A stretch of 53,457 nt of DNA, the filler included, from Sphacelaria rigidula (lineage: Eukaryota): NCBI GenBank assembly GCA_964200075.2. It is 4 parts of 4 records of this genome, joined end to end, with 100 filler letters (N's around TTAATTAATTAA, not from the genome) between each part and the next. Parts side by side here need not be neighbours in the genome. Positions count along the whole stretch, not along the records: positions 1 to 13,291 come from CAXNAA020002988.1; positions 13,392 to 26,681 come from CAXNAA020002989.1; 2 more parts are not named here. One strand, 5' to 3'. Below are positions 1 to 13,409 of this stretch, piece after piece. The translations under genes and the position numbers were made by a program. The notes beneath the pieces are model-generated. The model ran no database searches and was not told the DNA's origin. It worked only from the letters and a program-made list of their open reading frames with translations. The first letter of the stretch is position 1. Each line of letters begins with the position of its first letter.

Positions 1-19
1 CTGAACCCAAACATCAGAA

Positions 20-462
20 CATGGGATCATACAAATTGGGGATGGATCTTTTATTGGGGATGAGAAACCCGGAGAATTAAAATCTTCGTATCCACATCAA
101 ATCTTCGAAATATGGTGGCATCTCTTCACCTACTGACAGCTATTGACAACTGCTAAACGCCGTAGAAATTTGGATTTCGATCGCCGAAATGTTGGGGTCC
201 TAGATGAAAAACCAATTTTGGAACCATTTTAACGTCCGTTCGGACACCTGAAATTCCCCAAAAATTGTATTTCACCTAGGACCCCAACATTTATTTCGGT
301 GATCGAAATCCAAATTTCTATGGCGTGTAGCAGTTGTCAAAAGCTATCAGTTGAAGAGATGAAGCCATATTTCGAAGATTCGGTGTGGATACGAAGATTT
401 TAATCCTCCGGGTTTCTCATCCCCAAAAAAAGATCCATCCCCAATTTGTAAGATCCCGTGTT
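20..462. repeat. Imperfect long inverted repeat (foldback/MITE-like), arms about 190 bp
   Basis: About 20-210 (..acaaattggggatggatcttt..gagaaacccggag..) is the reverse complement of about 270-462 (..ctccgggtttctcatcccc..agatccatccccaatttgta..), with a spacer of about 60 bp. Confidence 0.85.
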
Positions 463-2356
463 TCAGGCATTGTTTGGCCATTTTTTTCGTGACACTTTTG
501 GGCTGGTTTTGGGAGGGGGCTATCGTAGAATGTGTCAGATGCGCAAGTGCTGCACACATGTTCAGGTCGGTTGAGCCCATCGTAATCGAAATCGTTTCGT
601 TTTCACGGAGATGTCAGAAATTTTCAGAACTTTCGGGCTGCGCTCACATTTCTCCGAAGAAGCGGCTTGATTTTTTCTTCGAAGAAGCTTCATTTTTGGA
701 GAGTCCGAAAAGTTCGGACCGCAACGCAGCACTTCAGAGAGCTACCCTGCGAATACGCCGTGGCGCTTGAAAGCATTCGAGAATAATCAGGCCCTTGCCA
801 ATCCCGACACGACAATGTCGGACATCTCCGAAAAAATAGTGTCGAAAATAATGAACGGGCTATCCGCCGATGTCACTTCACACTGGTATGAATATGAGCA
901 CAGCGCAGGGATCCGCCAGTCATGACACTGCTGGGAGCGCTTTCCTACCTACACATTGACTATCTCAACGTATTCCTCCTAACTTTGCTCGCTCACCTAC
1001 GGCCTACGGTGATGAATTCCGGGGGGATCAATTCGCCCCTCTGTTGTCGATAAATTGTATGCGGCGAGATTATCCGAAGATTGGATCTCAGCAAGTTGTC
1101 TGCAGATGGGGTTGCGGCGTGAGCGTTCTTGATCACAGCGTACTTTCCGTTCACTGTTCAGGCTCTACTATCTATTGACAGCATCCCAGGAAAATGACGC
1201 TGACCATACACCCCCGCTGTCTCGTGAAACGGAGGGATAGAGAGTCTCTTTTTCCCCCTCTTCATCACGAAGTCTCGATAGCTTACCGCTGGCGCACCGT
1301 GCGCTTCTCAGACCCGTGGTCAACTGGGTGCATCTTCATCTCAAGTCGGTACTTTGGGTTGTTGCTTGGCCAATGAAATGTCGACCGCTCGAGTACCAAA
1401 CACCAACAAGTCCTCCCTCACTACTATCAAGATCTGTCAGCCGTACTATTGCGAATGAAACTATTGCTGTGTTGTGCTGTCTTCTTCTGCTGTTTTGGTC
1501 GTGCTATTTGCTTTTGGGACACCCCATGATGGTGTCTCTCGCACAGACCCCTCACGCCTTCTCTACAACCTGGATGATGTAAACGGGCGAAAAAAAGACG
1601 AATAATGCGCTACAATAGACGTGTCAAGATCGGTAACGCCCGCCGCGCCTCCAACGTGAGACCCACTCAGTGCTGCTGCGAACACAGGGTCCTGAAAAAT
1701 TGGAACGAGTTTTGTCTACGGAAAAGGATCAAGGTTGAGAGTGTCGATATACGAGTACTGTACGAGTAAAGCGATTGCAACCAGCTGATGCCCTGTGAAA
1801 CGTGCCTCGGGACCCATTCCCGCAGGGTCCCATGTTCGCTCTTGATGCTGTCGGAAGCGGCATCAGCAGTGACCGATTTGATCCGTGATGGACCAGTCAA
1901 TCACTTCCCTCTCTAACGCCACAACGTCAATTGGTGATGAAATCAACGAAAAAAAATACGTGCGTGATGTGTCCATTACATGGGAACGCCAACACCTCAC
2001 GGCGGCAACATACAGTGATTTATTTTCAATCGTTCTGCGGGGACAAATATTTATTTACTATACAAACACAATATCAAACTCTCACAATACACGCACGCGG
2101 TATACACACACCAGCATGGAGGGGAAAATATTCACTACGAAATCAAATTCCCCCACCAAAATAATTTATTCCCTCCATGGTCCAACCGAACTCAGCGAGA
2201 TAATCGAATAGATCCACGGTGAATCGGGAACTAGCGGTAATAAATAGACAATGCATCTGCAATTACAGTAGTAGTAAATAATATAGCGGTGGGGTAGTCG
2301 TAGCGTGCCCATCGGCTCCTCCCCGGCCCATGCACCCCCCCCCCCCCCCCCCCCCA

Positions 2357-3860
2357 TTCATGGTCAATGGTCAAACGACTAAGGCAAGCAACAAATGAGT
2401 ACGCCTCCCCCTCCCCCATTCCCGCCCCAGCTATCGCCCTCCAAAGGGGACGACTACCAACCCCACCCCCGCCCATACACCTACAACACCCATCGATGTT
2501 TTGGGTTCTAGTTTGGATGCAAGTATATTTTTCACAGTACAGAGCGCGCAATGTTCGAAAGCGCAAGGAACACCATGGATGACACGACAAACACTTTCAG
2601 GAGGAACAACATCGATGGACTTTCTTCTCGATTGATGCATGATTGAAGGTGTTCTCCTACCCGATTATTTTCTCGTCGATCAAACCTGTTGAGACAGCAG
2701 GGGTGGTGTTGGCAACTGACAGAATTCGATTAGTAGTGCTACAGGAATCCTAGTCCTATCACGGGATTTGTCCGAAGATGCCCCTCGACACTTTCTTGTT
2801 CCCAGGCTATAATAAAGACTCACACGAGCACAACACGACCAGCAGAGTCCTCTTTCCCGCTTCCCTCCCTCCCTCCCACATGCTGCACGGTACACCAATA
2901 CAACAGACTACGCTTAGGAATCAACGTCAACTAATGGTAGGGTAACGTGGTGCGTTAGAGTGCACGTGATGAGCGGGATACGATCAATGAGACATGCACA
3001 AACAATCACAAGTCATCGTTTAGCACTCTCGTACATGAGGCAATAGGGCTTGCCTCGTAGATAAATCTTGCACAGGACTCTGCCGACGATTAGTCTTGTC
3101 AACGCATACCTTTGTGAAGAAAAGACCATCGTGGCAGCATCTTCGAGGTATTGCGGAATAGGCTCCCCACTCCCCCTCCTCCCCCGCCCACCCATTCTTC
3201 CCACCGCACCGAATGACTGCTTTCACACTACGCGTGACACACCTACCCGATAATCCCTACATACTACCTTGCAATTTGAGCAATAGCGACAGGTATGGAG
3301 AGAGCCCCGAGAGACAGTTTCTCTTTTCCCCTTCGACACAAGTACAAGCTTTCATTTCAGTTGGTTTTTTCAAAATCTGCACCACCGCGTATCGATTGGT
3401 TCGAGTCGACACAGCACGTCATCAACAAGAAAAGGGACAAACAATCGCACCACAACAGATAGATGGACCCACGCAACTAGCAACACACGCAAGTATCCTA
3501 CTACTGTACACAAGGTGTGCTCTACTTAGCTTTACTTGCCACAAGTATATATTTCTCTCATTCTCACGTCCCCACTCTTGCACAGGCGAAGATATCACCC
3601 CACAGCACGTGTGCCGTACTGAGACAAGCTCAGTATGCGCCCCTGCCCCCACCACAAATTATCTACTCTTTGTAAAGTTACTTTACGTCATGGTTTCACG
3701 TTTTCCCCTCGAGAAGGATCAGCGCCTCCGTACACGAGCCTCTTCGATCGATCTTCAGTCAATTGCCCTTTTTTTCCACCCCATGGATGGCAAAAAGAAA
3801 AGAAACAGACGTCGCGGACCCCCACACGCCATCGAAATTAATGTAGCGATTCCATCTAGA
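2357..3860 (+). mobile_element. Highly degenerate Ty1/copia-like retroelement relic
   Basis: 2360-2410 (tggtcaatggtcaaacgactaaggcaagcaacaaatgag) matches the reverse complement of the gag-downstream sequence at about 21105-21150. Broken frames resemble copia pol motifs: GVLYLA near 3515, VTLRHGFTF and W..KKQ at 3675-3810. Many stops and frameshifts. Confidence 0.45.
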
Positions 3861-4591
3861 AGATTTTCACCGCGACCAACAACTCTCGCAAGCACCAAAC
3901 CCAACAGCTACATCAGTAGTACACCTACACCCACGTACACCTACAAAACGTACAACTTAAAGGAGTATACTAGTTTCCCTAAACCCCCCCCCGTCCTCTT
4001 TCCAGTCTCCCTACTCACGTACTTCCCTCCAGCCTGGTCTTCCCTACAGAGAACGGCATTCCGAGTGCGCGTGTAGTCCCTAGACTGCACACTATCTAGT
4101 AGAACGCCTCTGCGAAAGAACTTGCCTGCCACACCGATGAGACAGAATATGGATTAGTAACCCTAATCATGTGGTCGGTTACCCGTCCTTCCTTCACAAC
4201 TCTTGTGGTACATTTGTTGATCGCACGGTTTTCCTTTTCCATCCTCTTTTGATTCTCTCCTTGCCCGTTGCGATAATTTTAGGCGCGGAAACCGGAAAGA
4301 TCCCACCACGAAATCACACGTTTCATGTTCTCGTCACCCTACGAAAGAGTGTTGTCAGAATACAACGCTTGACTTCTCTCCCAGTCCTCGTCCACGAGGC
4401 ACGTACTTACACGATGTCGTGAAAAACACACGCCGAAACAAAATATTCTAGTATCAGACCAAGGTAAGTAAGTAAAGACGTTTGAGCCTGAGCGGGTCTC
4501 GAGCTGTAAGTATGTAGTAACGCAAACGCTGTAAGGCACGCGGCATCTTCCCCTGTCTCCGTTTATGTGTGCGCGCGCGCATCGTCTTCCC

Positions 4592-7500
4592 TCACTCCCC
4601 ATGCTTGCCGTCGTCCTGATCGGTGCTTGCATCGGGAACACCCGCACCGCCCGGAGGCATCTGGGGAAGCTGGTAAATGGGCATGTAAGTAGGCACGCCA
4701 ACGTTCAAGCCGCTCGGGTTACCCGTGCCCTGCATCATCATCGGCTGCATGCCCATTTGCCGCTGCTGCGACGCGGCTCTGGCCTGTACCTGTTGCTGCG
4801 TCTGGACCTGGGAAGGCGGTTGTCTCTGGGTGCCCATGTGCTGGGAAGATAGTTTGGGGAGGGGGGTGAGAGGGCGGGAAGCAAAAGAAGCAGAATATTA
4901 GAGTAGGCAGGGGACTGGAGACATCTCCGCGAGTTGTCACGACGTGTGACCGTCAACAAGCCGCACGGTGCTGTGACGATACGTGAGCACGACCTGAAAT
5001 GCCGTGCGCATCTCGGCTCATCAAATAGACGAAATTCAAGACCAGCAATCGCACCTGCTGGTTTTGTTGGACCTGCTGCTGAGGTAGTTGCACGGCACCC
5101 TGCCCATGAGCGGGGTTCTGGTGCATAGTAGACGGCTGCGCTTGCTGCTGCGGCGGCGCACCGGCGGCTCCACCTGCCTGTTGCTGCGGCTGCGGCTGCT
5201 GCGGTACAACTGGCACGCCAGCCATCTGGCCCTGCATCATGGACGGATCCATGGCCATTCCCGGCGACTGCTGGTACGGGTACCCGTACATCTGCTGGTA
5301 GCCCATGGGGTAACCCTGCGCCGCAGTGTTGGCATATGGCATGCCCTGGTACATGTACGGGTAAGGGGCCATTCCATACGGATTCTGCATCATCATATCT
5401 CCCGCAGCACCAGTTGGACCCTGGGCACCAGTGGCAGCCTCACCACCTGCGCCGGGTGCGGCCGGAGCCGCACCCGGCACCACGTATTGGCCGGCGTATC
5501 CCGCACTGGCACCTCCGGTGGCGGCCCCGTAGCCGTACATTTGCTGCTGGTGGTGTTGCGGTGCGTGCTGGGCGTGCGGCTGGTGGGGGTGCTGCTGCAG
5601 AAGGTGGGGGGCGTGCCCCGTCGCCGCATGGTGGGGGGCAGTGTGGTTCTGCGGGCTCTGTTGAGAGTGGAATGGGTGAAGAGAGTGGTGGCGGTGATGC
5701 ATTGATGCGTTGTTGTGGCGCATGCCGGCCTGTTGACGGAACGGATAAGGGGAGAGGGCCGTGCGGGATGCGGGGGATGGAAACCGAATACGGGATAGGG
5801 AGTCAAGAGGTGGAGGGGAAGAACAGCATGTTCAGTATGACTGGGATACAAGTACATATATGGAAGAACGCAAGCCACTCCTCCATCTCTGCATGTTGTT
5901 CATCATCATCGCAGTCACCGTTCCATCGAACCCGCGTTGCGCAATTCTTGGCAATGTTTTGGTCTCTTACATTCCCACCCCATCCGCCTCGACCGCCATG
6001 GGGTGAGTCCAAGGAAGATCTTCCCTGACGGTTGCCGAAGCCTGGTCCTCCGCCGTGGTGCATGTGGCGGTCGTCGCCGTGGCGATCGCCGCCTGCTCTC
6101 CTTGACCTGCCCCCGCCGAGGCCCATGTCCTTTCGCCAACCACCCGCGGTGGCTTTGCCACCCTGGCCATGTCCACTGCTGCTAGGGCTCATGGTGCAGT
6201 GCACCTGCAGGTGAAATAAAAAAGGGCAGGACAAGTTGACACAATAATGCGGACATCACAAAGAGGGACTACATGCACCGAGCGCATTTTTCTAGCTCGG
6301 ACCATAATACGTTCCACCTTGACGGAACAAACAAAGTTGACGCAATATGCGCTCGACTCAGATCCCGAAACCGAAGTACTCCGACATTAATTTCTGGATT
6401 ACGTCAGCCAACGGCGGTTGCCCACACGTCATCCCTCACTCCGCACCTTCATGCCAGAGATGGTCGTTCCTGTCAACGCTTGGATTGCGTCCTTCGCCGC
6501 TTGCTCTCCCTGTGGAGTAGGTGGGAAATGGACGAAACCCCAACATCGCGGAAGCTGCGAGCCACGGAGAGGTGCGGGCGGCAGGAGAAAAGCGCAATAC
6601 CGTGCGGGGAACGCATGAGTAACCCGTGGCGAACATGACATGAAACGGACAGGTGATCGTCAACCCTACGTAAAGCGATTGCCTGGGTGTGCCATAGTTT
6701 TCTAAAGTCGTCTCAGGACGAATTGAATCGACCATGAACTGAACTGAGATCCTGAATGCGTCCGGCTCCACGTACTTCGAAGGGTCAGCGCTCCGTTGTG
6801 TGCCTGGAAATACACGGTGTCGACAACATGCCGTCATTTGCTTATTCTGTTCGCACCTGTTGCGGTCCAGGCGAAACGCCGTTGAAGCGCGACGAGGGAA
6901 TGACGACGTTGAGAATGGGCTCCCACGAAGCGAATGTTTTCTTGATCATCGCCTCGTTCACACCCGACACAGCGGACTGTATATAAGATTGCGTAGGGCG
7001 GCGACGTCGGCGAAGACAGAATGGCGAACGAGGCACTAAGCGCGTCAAGATGGGTCTCCTATAATAGCGGATAGTTTCCCTCAGATTACTTTTAGGAACA
7101 ATTTCAACGACTGTTACGGCAGCTCTGCGCAAAGAAGTGCAGCCTTAATGCGTTCATCTCCAGTACATTCGGTGCTACATGTTCAGCCCCAGCTAACATC
7201 TCGCGTAAAAGGAATTTTGACGCTGTTGACACATCGTACCTGCTCGCCCTCAAACTGTACTCGTACCGCGTTGGCGGCTGATCCGTCCGAGGTACGGCTG
7301 GGCCGCGACGAGCTCGAGGAACGACTGGACGACATATCCCCTTCACGTCCGGCAGGCTTGTCGGAGGCGTTGCCGTCCGTCGATCCGGCAGCTTCAGATC
7401 CGTCTGGACCGGATTCGACGCTGTTCCACTCTAATCGTTGATAACATGGCGCGACAAGAAAAAACAAGGGCAATGTCCATCAGAAGTCAGCCCTCGCGAA

Positions 7501-9751
7501 AAAAGGAACACACAAATACTTGTACACAAATAGGCGAGTACAAGAGCAAACACGACATCGCCGCGTAAACGCCCACTAGCAAGGCGTGAGGACGGGACTG
7601 TAAATACACACGATACAAAAAGCGCAACACACATCCGACGTGGATTATCTACAGAAACATGTGGGAGGTGCCACTTGGTGTTCAGTGCGTACCAAGTACG
7701 TGTTGTTTACCGGCACACCGCCAGTGTAGGTGGGAGACAGGGATGAACATCTGCGTGTACGGTGGACACGAATATGAAGGGTGAAAAACGAGACCCGTCG
7801 CAGCACTGCAGAACCGCCGATGGCTCCTGCTACGGTCGGTAACAGAAAGCGGGCCGCAATTTATCGCCGATTGGCCGAACAAGGGGCAACCCATCGTTTT
7901 GTACGCCTCACCATAGCGCAATACTGTTCATCTTTGATGGGTCTTCAACATACTATATACGTACATGCACCACTCATCATGTACGGAATGCAGAGGGGTG
8001 TGGGGGTCACCGTCTTGTGACCGTGAATCAGGGCAAGCCTGGTGCGTGTTATTTGTGCCGACACCTCCACAGACACTAGTACGATGCTCGACGATGCTCG
8101 GTTTCGGTGCAATTTGTAGACTTGTAGCCGTACGTATCTGCTTCACCTTGTTCGGTCTCGTGCCCTTTCTTGTTTACATCCGCTCATTGTGATGCTTCTG
8201 GGGCACGGGGTCAGAAATTATTTTCGTTCAACGTTGGTGCCGACGTGTCCAAGACTGCGACGACAAGGTTTCCGTTTCGTGGAGAAAACGAATCGGGTAA
8301 CGCAGTCGGAGTGAGCGCTGTAATGGCCACACGTGTGCTTTGCGCAATGGACACCAATAACGGGTAACGATCGATTACTCTCCAGGGGCTTCTCCGAACG
8401 CCAATTTCGAAGTTGCACGTTGTCATGGGGCCGCAAGAAATATACAGCACATCAACAAGACGAAGTGCAACAGCAAAGCATCCAACGATCCATTTTCGGG
8501 TGAAGATCCGGTAAAGTGGGTGAATACCACGCACTGTAACCGCCCGTCCATGTTTCCACCACGAGCACTATTCTGATCTCATCCATGTGGATCATGACTG
8601 CCCAACTTCGATGCCGACGCGGGCTTCATGGTGATGGGCGTGTCGAGTTCCACGCCTCATACAATCTCGTTACAATAAAACCGATCAGGTCGTAACACCG
8701 GCTTTATGCTGACACATGCCAATCATTGAGCCGCTCACTGTATAGGAGTTTCTAGGGCATAGTTTCCTTCACAGGTGTCGCATGAGCCTTCGGATAATCG
8801 GCACACGAACCCGCTTGCGCGGTAAGTGTTGGGTTGGGTCCCCTCCTCGCGTCAAGGGAAACAAAAAAAATGTCGCATGGACCGAGCAAGGCATCGTCTC
8901 GGGCGTGTTCTCCCCCGCTTGCTTCGTCGGGTGGCGGATGCACCGAAACAGAACAATCCATGGTTGAACATGCTGTTTTTTCGTCAAACCGTAACGCCAA
9001 TGCCAACGCCGACGCCGACGCTAACCCTTACCTCAACGCCAACAAGACCGAGTACCGGAGTACCCGAGGACCCTCGGGCAAAGGGGACCCATACGATGTC
9101 CTAGGATCTGTACGATACACTGGGCTGAAAATATGCTGTTTTGGATTCAATCGGTGCCGCGCAGCCAATTTGAGTCAAAATGCATAAAGGGCGCACTGGG
9201 GAAGCACTTGCGACACTGAGGGCTCTAAAATTTGGAATATGATCCTCCACACTTGAGGAGTAAGTTTTTTTCACCATGGAGTTTCATCGCCGAGTTGGGG
9301 TTAACTTTTTTGGAGCCCACGGACGATTTTTGTTTTCATGAATCGGCATCATTTTGACTTGAAAATGACTTGAACTCATGCCGATTCACAAACATAAAAG
9401 TCGTCAATGGGTTCCAAAAGGGTTAATTCTTACCGCGTTCTTTGTTCGTTCGAGCGGCGAGCGGGGGCATATCTCTCACCTATCTGAAGGCTGGGGCATT
9501 GACCACCGAACGCCGGGCGGTTGTTGAGCTCCATCTTCGCCGTCTCAGCGTGAAGACGGTAACGGTACTTGACGAACCCGCCCTTGGCTGAGGCACCAGC
9601 AAAGGACGGAATGAAGCATCGACGACAGCGTGTCAGATGGCATGAGTCAGTTGGGGGGGGGGGGGGGGGGGGGGGGGGACTTTTTTTCCAGCCCCCTGGA
9701 TTATCCGTCTCCCCCCCTCCCCTATTTCATTNNNNNNNNNNGGGAGGGGGG

Positions 9752-9802
<51 letters not shown>

Positions 9803-12037
9803 ATCTTGTTACAGACGCGTGGATCATCCGTCTCTCAACGTGCACTAATTCATTCATCTCAGACATGGTGGCGAAATAATTTAGATACGTGGGTCAATGG
9901 TAGGCCTCGATATTTTAACGGCGGATATTCGGGGTTTTAACTGGAGAGTTTGAACTTGTAATATGGACTCAGAATGACTATATCGCAGTCAACAGCCGGG
10001 CCCCTCGTGCGAGAGAGCCTGCCAAATGGACCCTATAAAACGTATGTTTTGAACGAGATCAGGATGTCAGAACAGATCGAGCCATATTGCCTGTTATCAT
10101 ATGCCTGGAGGACACTTGGCTCTATGGAAGAAAATATGGAGTATTGCCATGTTTCTTCATGACGGCCATCGCGCTGCTCTGTGCTTGTCATGGCTGCAGT
10201 GGCGAAAACATGCTGCCCCGTGTACATGTATCGTTGCGACACCGGTAAAACCTCTTTGTGAACAATGGTTGTCGCTCTCGCAGTACCGAAAGGCAATGCC
10301 CTGAGCAATTGGGTGGCTTTTTTGCCTTTGTCGATGTCTTCGACGTTGCATCAAATCACGGGTCAATCCACGTAGCATGCCTCAGACTGCCCTCCAGCGC
10401 ACGCGGCTGCCACACGGCGCACCGAACCAGCCACAAGCGAACACCACGCTGGACTGAAATACCACATGTGCTTTTGATTGTGCTCTGCTAACGGCGCAGG
10501 GTGAAGGAACAACTACTGTGACTTAGATGTGTGTCGATTACTTCAGTCGATTTCGGCCTTGGCGCGCCATGTACCTCCTCTGACAACAATCAACCCTCCA
10601 TCCATGTATGTAGGCACCGATCACAGCATCACTTCAACCCTCACGACGGTATCCTCGAAGAAATTGTTCCGCAGGACTATCGGTTTGCAATAATGTTCCG
10701 GGAGTGCGCGTCGCACGCCCGGAGTTGACCCCTCCCCCGCTAGAGTAGGTGATGCTTTGAATTATCAATCTTTTTGCTTTCACAAATAAACTCGTGACCC
10801 AGGTGACCCCCCGTGGCTTTCAAAGGGCCACCATCGCCGAAAGAGCGAATACAAATAACTACTGAGCATATGGCATCGTACCGCCGGGTTTGATCGCAGT
10901 TAGTTCCTTGTCCAGGGGTCCGAACCGCGCAAACTCCGCGATAAGCATTTGGGTGGTGATCCCTGGGTCGAGTCCACCAACGAAAAGGGATGTGTTCTTC
11001 TGTGCCCACCCAACACGCACTCGTCTGCCACCGAGCTCCACGTTCTGAAACCGTGCGCAGAGGGTAACGGACGGGAGGGTAAAAGAGTGCATGAGTGGGG
11101 TAACTACCACAATCGTGCAGAATCGTGAGCAAGCTACGAGCTGGAAGCTCCTCTTCCGCGGTACGGGGATAGTGAAGAGGGGACGACACGACAGGTTGTG
11201 CCGAGAGCAAGGGTGAAGAAGACATCGCACTCCTACTTTCCGAGCCACAAACAGAAAGCTAAAAGGGGATCCTCCGATGAGTGACAGGTTAACGCCCACC
11301 CGAAATCACACGAAAACACGAAACTTGAAGATCCAACAACCTACTAAACAAACGATTGTTTGGGCGTTGCATTCCGACGTGAAATTTTGCTCTCCCGTTG
11401 TCTCCTATGCTTTCCCGTTGAACACATTGATACCATGCACCGCCTCATATGCAGTAAGGGCGTACCTAGCTTTTGCTCCGCACGCCCCACGGATTAGAAC
11501 ACCATCGCGAGGGTATACTTCTTGGACAAGACGAAGAAAGGTATCTGTATCGTCTCAAAAGTCTCAAGGACAAGGTGAATTTCCCCAGAAGACGAGAACA
11601 AAAGTTTCTCCGAGAAAACAGTTTTAGCTTCATGTGTGAATCCGCCTCAATTTACTACAGCACGATTCACTGCTGTTTCATCTGCTCTTTACACATCCAA
11701 CGACTACCGCACACGCCCGGGGGGTGCTGTACACTGAAGCATTGGTTCAAGTGTATAGGACAACGGAAAAGGTACATGTGCATCGTCCACATATCTCGCA
11801 GAAAAGGTGGGTTTCCCTTGACGAAAACAAAAGTTCCACCATGGTAAGGAGACACATTTTGTCCTGCAAAGCAAACACCACATACGATTGACTTGTCCGT
11901 TGTGCACGCGCTCTATCGCCTTGTACCTGCATGGCTTCCTTCGCACCGCGTGCCTCCTGGTGCGAGGACATCTTCACGAAGCCGTATCCAAGATTCTTGC
12001 CCGTCGCTCGATCACGTTTGATTGACACCGACATCAC
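4592..12037 (-). CDS. RNA-binding protein with three RRM domains and a C-terminal Q/P/G/Y/M-rich low-complexity region (5' exon(s) not located)
   Basis: Phase-consistent GT-AG exons: 12037-11927 (VMSVSIKRDRATGKNLGYGFVKM, RNP1), 11044-10882 (GGRRVRVGWAQKNTSLFVGGL, RNP2), 9587-9480 (KGGFVKYRYRLHAETAKMELN), 7430-7240, 6976-6857, 6554-6447 (CWGFVHF..AIQALTG), 6204-5971 (RG/G-rich), 5729-5055 (Q/Y/P/G-rich), 4840-4592 (stop). Confidence 0.9.
9301..9426. mobile_element. Short palindromic MITE bounded by TTAA (piggyBac-like)
   Basis: ttaactttttt..gaatcggcat pairs with atgccgattc..aaaagggttaa. The internal tgaatcggcatca.ttt.acttgaaa is shared with 15495-15606. Confidence 0.55.
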
Positions 12038-13291
12038 CTATTGCCGTTTCGTAGGAATTGCATGTTTCCGTGAGTACGACTCCTGCACGTGTCAAAACAT
12101 GAAAATGCCATGGTTTGCAATCTTCTTACTCCCGTCAGCATTCTCGGATATAATTTGGCTCACGGTGGCAACAGGTGCCTCACATCTCTTCCTGTCTTGA
12201 CCATGCTCGGGGTTGGTGTACGCATAGTTGCAGTGGGGTGAAATCTTCGGCGGCTGTGGCGGGTGAAGATTTTTCGCGAGTCCCGTCACTGCGCGACACT
12301 GTGCAATGAACCAATTTACTATTCGTCATGCGACTTACTAGATGAAGTTGGGTACATTGTGGGTCCATTATGGAGGCAACCTGAGCAAAGCATCGGTGGC
12401 ATGGGCCACAAAAACGTAGGTCGGGTCGTAACATTACGGTCGTCCGTCTTGACATGCATGATTCAACTCAACACTTCGAACACACAAAATAAAATTGCAG
12501 TATTCCACCATATATGCATGTACACGAGAGCTTTGATTCATGTCTCGCGTCACAGAGCCTTGGCGCCTCGGAGATGAGTGGATGTACCTCGCGATTGCTG
12601 CAAGTATTGGACACTTCAACGGATAGGATACGACTTGCTAAGGTTAGGTAGAAGATACGAAGTCGATGCATCGGGTCGATGCATCGGGGGGTCAAGTTGT
12701 ATGCTCTGCTGGCATGGGGCTGCAACACGTCACCTGGTGGTCCTTTTCTGAAGTTTCCGACCGACCAAAGCAGAATCGTCAGCTTCATGTCACATTATTT
12801 TTCAGAGAAAAAGCCTTGGCTGGGTTAGGCCCTTCAACAGTAGTAGTAAACTGCAGGAATGTCCCGGTATCTCCAAGAACGGCAGCCGGATGTCAACTGG
12901 GGCTTTTGTCCAGCTCAGCAGCTCTCGCTGGCTCGGATTGCGTGCATGAGAGCGCGCAGAAGTAGAAATACTGACCAGAACATTCAAGTGTGTTGAATGG
13001 CACTCGTGTCAGAGTACTGTGTCCAATTTTATACGAAGATGTGCGCTGAACGCTGGCAAACAGCAACCGAGCGACGGTAGGTGGGTTTATGAGCTGAAAT
13101 ACGCAACGAGTCCATGATCCAATGCCTTCTTTCTCTTCTCCTCCTTGCCCCTCACTGGGTACCCCTCCCCCGCGTAATCATCGCGACTTATGATTACGTA
13201 CGCATGGCAAGGGTAACCATATTCTTGTCTTCATGTGAAAGGATATTACAAACCAAAATAAAGTAACACGCTGTTGGGGGGGCTGTGGGGG

Positions 13292-13391
13292 NNNNNNNNN
13301 NNNNNNNNNNNNNNNNNNNNNNNNNNNNNNNNNNNTTAATTAATTAANNNNNNNNNNNNNNNNNNNNNNNNNNNNNNNNNNNNNNNNNNNN
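13292..13391. other. Artificial contig linker (N44-TTAATTAATTAA-N44)
   Basis: 100-nt N run with a central six-frame stop cassette, identical to the other two linkers. Confidence 0.97.
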
Positions 13392-13409
13392 GCCCCGGCT
13401 TTGTAGGGA

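Noticed and set aside
3213..4076. 287-aa plus-strand ORF as a host gene
   Set aside because: It has no recognisable domain, overlaps the decayed copia relic and has non-coding-like composition.
5088..6028. Long plus-strand ORFs (205 and 230 aa)
   Set aside because: They are antisense shadows of GC-rich exons of the RRM gene.
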